The notes under the pieces were generated by a model. That model had not been told where the DNA came from and did no database searches. It saw only the letters and a list, made by a program, of their open reading frames with translations. 64,000 bases of DNA, taken from assembly GCF_044704955.1 (NCBI RefSeq), contig NC_091984.1:147560001-147624000 (forward strand), given 5' to 3'. Origin of the DNA: Pristiophorus japonicus (Eukaryota). Below are positions 60,967-64,000 of the stretch, piece by piece. Every line of letters starts with the position of its first letter. Position 1 is the first letter of the stretch. Made by a program: the position numbers and the translations under genes.

Positions 60967-63900
60967 TAATGGCAACCCAGATGGGACACTGGTACAAGGG
61001 ACGTGATAAGAGAGAGGCTGGTTTCAGGAAACGAAGCAAAATGGAAGAGGAGATTTCCTCGTATGTGTTTAAGAGGGTAAATGTGGCTAAGGAGTGGGTA
61101 CTTGATCTATTGTATGCTGAGCATCCAGAAGATGCTGCAGCTCAATGGACCGAGAGCAAGGACCATAAAAAGTCGACAGAGAAGGCCATTTGGCTAATTT
61201 GCCTTCAGCAACAGATCCGGCTTCTAGATGAGGAGAATGAAAAATTAAAGGGAGTATTGAAACAGGCAGAAGAGAGGTCCAGCGCAAGGGCCACAGTCGG
61301 GGAAAGGCTATGGACAGAGGTGGGACAGTTAAAAGAAAGTAGAGAGCTCACTAAAGAAAGGCACAAAACCCAATTGGACCATTTACAGTGTCAGATTATT
61401 GAAGCCAAGAATAGCGAACTGGCATTGCGGGAAGAGAATTCCTGCCTCGCCAAGCAAGCTAAAGAGTACGGGCAGAGGGTGAGAAACATTCAGGTAGCCT
61501 ATAAGGTAGCCAGTACCAGGGAATTTGAGGCAGGAGACCACGGCCCCTGCCAGCAGCAGATCCAAAGCTTGAACCTTGCTCTATCCCAGGCTAAAGGCAT
61601 GGTGTGCCTGATAAACCCGGGTTTAGCCCAGAAACACCTGGTTGAGCAAGGAGAAACCCCTCAGTCACCGCCTGCAGCTCCCAGGAATGGCCCTGGGCAG
61701 CAGAGGTGTCAGCCAGAGTGCGGGGCAGGCAAGGATTACACCGGCATTCCCGAGTTTTAACTCAGCTTGGCAGCAGGGGAAAGAGGGCAAGCCAATACAA
61801 GAAGGGCCGGAACCAGGGCCAATGCACCCAGTCCGGCAGCAGAAGTTTGGCCCACCTGATGCCAATGGGGCAGCAGGACCCCTAGAAAGCAACTTCGTAG
61901 TCCCCCACGACACCCAAAAACTGAGGGCTATGATAGGCCACCTAAGTAAGCTCACCCAACAGAGGGATCCCTTGGTACACTTCCTGGAAGTGGAACACAC
62001 AGGGGATATTAATGGGTGCGATGATTCAGAGCAGGCGAAGCTGTTGCTCTTCTCACTAGACACCAAGCTGTGCCATTCCCTCTCTGCAGACAGCAGAAAG
62101 GGGCGAAACACGTACGCTACAGTTAAGGAGGAGGTTCTAGAGGCCATAGGTATGAACGACGGGAGTCCTTTCTCCCGAGTGGAGAAAACAGTGCAGCTCT
62201 ATGGGGAGACTCCACAGGCTTTCGCCGACAGGTTGTGGCCGGTCTACGAAAGGGCCTGTAGTGGGGTTCTTGACCGGGCCCACCTGACCCCTAATGAGCT
62301 GGCTCACTGGCTCCGCAGCCTGGTGGCAAACAGCTTACCTGGAGTAAAGGCAAAAGCCTAGGTCTGGTTCGATCCAAGAGATCCCAGAACCACCGAGTAG
62401 ACAGTGGTTAGACAGTTGACCCTGGCTTACTGGAACGGTGGAGGGACAGAGGAGCCCTCCTCTAAAGGGAGGGTCCATGAGATTAAACCCAGCCAAGGCA
62501 AGAGAGAGTGGCATCAGGAAGGTGGGAACCCTCCCCATAAAGGGGACAAGTGTTTTGGGTGTGGGAAAAGTGGGCACTGGAGGAAGGACTGTAGGAACCC
62601 ATGGAAAGAGACTAAGGGAGAGGCCACTTCAGCCCCAACCCATAAGGCCGGGGCAGGAACACCGAGTACGATGCCTGGACGAGACCGTGCGTTACGATGG
62701 AGGTGGAGAAAGTGAAAGGGACCTACCTGCTAGATACTGGTGCTTCCAGCACCCTTGTATATGCAGATAACCCAGCTATCTCACCTCTATCGAACGGGGT
62801 CCCGTACAGTCTCGTGGGGTTCACAGGCAATGAGAAAACTGGTTCGTTTTCCATCCTGCTCACCATTCAGTTAGGGACACTCAAAACCAAATGGAAGTGT
62901 GTCCTGATGAAATGGGAGCAGAAGGGAAAAGGGATCCTGGGGGCTGATTTTATCATTGGCCACCAGATCCTAGTGGATCTCAGGAACCACTGTCTATGGG
63001 GAGCCATAGTGACTGACAGGGAAGGTGAGGTGGCAGTGATCGCAGAAAAAGGGGCCAAGGGAACATTGTGTACCGTGAAGCCAAAGGAGGGTTATGACTT
63101 GGAATTACTGGTCAGTAACACCCCAGTGGAGTACCAGGCATATGTACGGGCACACCTTGCAGTATTCGCCACCCACAAACATGACTGTGGCAGGGTAACG
63201 GGGGTGGAAGTTAGTATAAAAGGGGACCCCATGACCCGACCACAAAAGCAATATAACTTCCCCAAGGAGGCAGAGGCAGACCTGACAACAGCGCTGGGAT
63301 TACTGGTAGAGCAAGGGGTGTTAAGACCGATAGCAACCCATGTGAACTCTCCACAACTCATGGAGGGCCACCGTGGACTATCGAGTACTAAATAAGAATA
63401 TCCCTGCCTGTGCACCCACTGTAGCAGCCGTAGCGGATCTCATGGGGAGTATTCCAGCATCCGCGACCAATTTCACAGTGCTGGACATTTCAAGTGGGTT
63501 CTGGTCCATTTCTTTAAAACGGGAGGACCAGTACAAGTTCACCTTTACCTTTAAGGGCCAACAATACATGTGGAACTGTCTTCCCCAAGGCTTCCACAAC
63601 AGCTCCAGCATTTTTCACCAATGTATGGCGAACTGTTTAAAGGGCTTTAGCAGACCCCAGCAGTTGGTGCAGTATGTGGATGACCTGCTCCTGTTCACCG
63701 ATCAGGGGGAGGAGCATGGTCCACTGCTGGCTGAGCTGCTGGAGCTGCTAAAAGAAGAAGGGTTTAAAGTAAACCCCAATAAGGCACAGGTCGGCCAGAA
63801 GGAAGTCAAATTCCTGGGGTTGACTCCGCGCTGGGGAAAGGGCCATACCGCAAGAAGGGAGGCAGTACAAGAGTTACCAGCCCCCAACACAGTGACAGGG

Positions 63901-64000
63901 GTAAGATCCTTTCTAGGACTCACCGGGTACTGCAGAGACTTCATTGAGGATTATGCAGCCACCGCAGCCCCTCTGCTCAGGCTCCTACACAAGGGTGTAG
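60527..64000 (+). mobile_element. Retrovirus-like element Z (same lineage as Y): partial 5' LTR, PBS, gag, pro, RT; runs off the window
   Basis: LTR ends TTACA at 60966; PBS TGGCAACCCAGATGGGAC at 60970-87; gag from 61041; CFGCGKSGHWRKDC, LLDTGAS, LPQGFHNS and YVDD motifs. Confidence 0.9.

Overview
Vertebrate DNA, almost certainly from a cartilaginous fish (shark-type CR1/L2/RTE LINEs, SacSINE1-like SINEs and a cluster-type Ig light-chain gene). Roughly 85-90% of the window is transposon-derived. The only host gene I can support is one complete, unrearranged, apparently intact kappa-type (shark type III/NS4-like) light-chain minilocus on the minus strand: leader 56386-56338, V 56150-55852 with a 12-RSS, J 54318-54284 with a 23-RSS, and C 46841-46513. 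Around it are two nested Gypsy elements with matched LTRs and TSDs (7669-17375 and 8799-13003), a Harbinger remnant, a near-full-length CR1 with a TATA-monomer 5'UTR, many minisatellites, and three related retrovirus-like elements (17838-19744, 19745-28665, 60046-64000). The middle element has a degenerate tether RNase H plus a second RNase H, a UGA-CGG gag-pol junction, and a spliced env-like ORF containing an Ig-superfamily-like motif set, which is a lokiretrovirus-like architecture. Best leads: (1) this ERV lineage and its Ig-like env domain; (2) an inward-facing 12/23 pair of perfect RSS heptamers flanking the C exon, resembling the mammalian intronic-RS/kappa-deleting-element system; (3) a 920-bp LTR palindrome at 60046-60966. 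All family names are from recognition of motifs; no database search was run.
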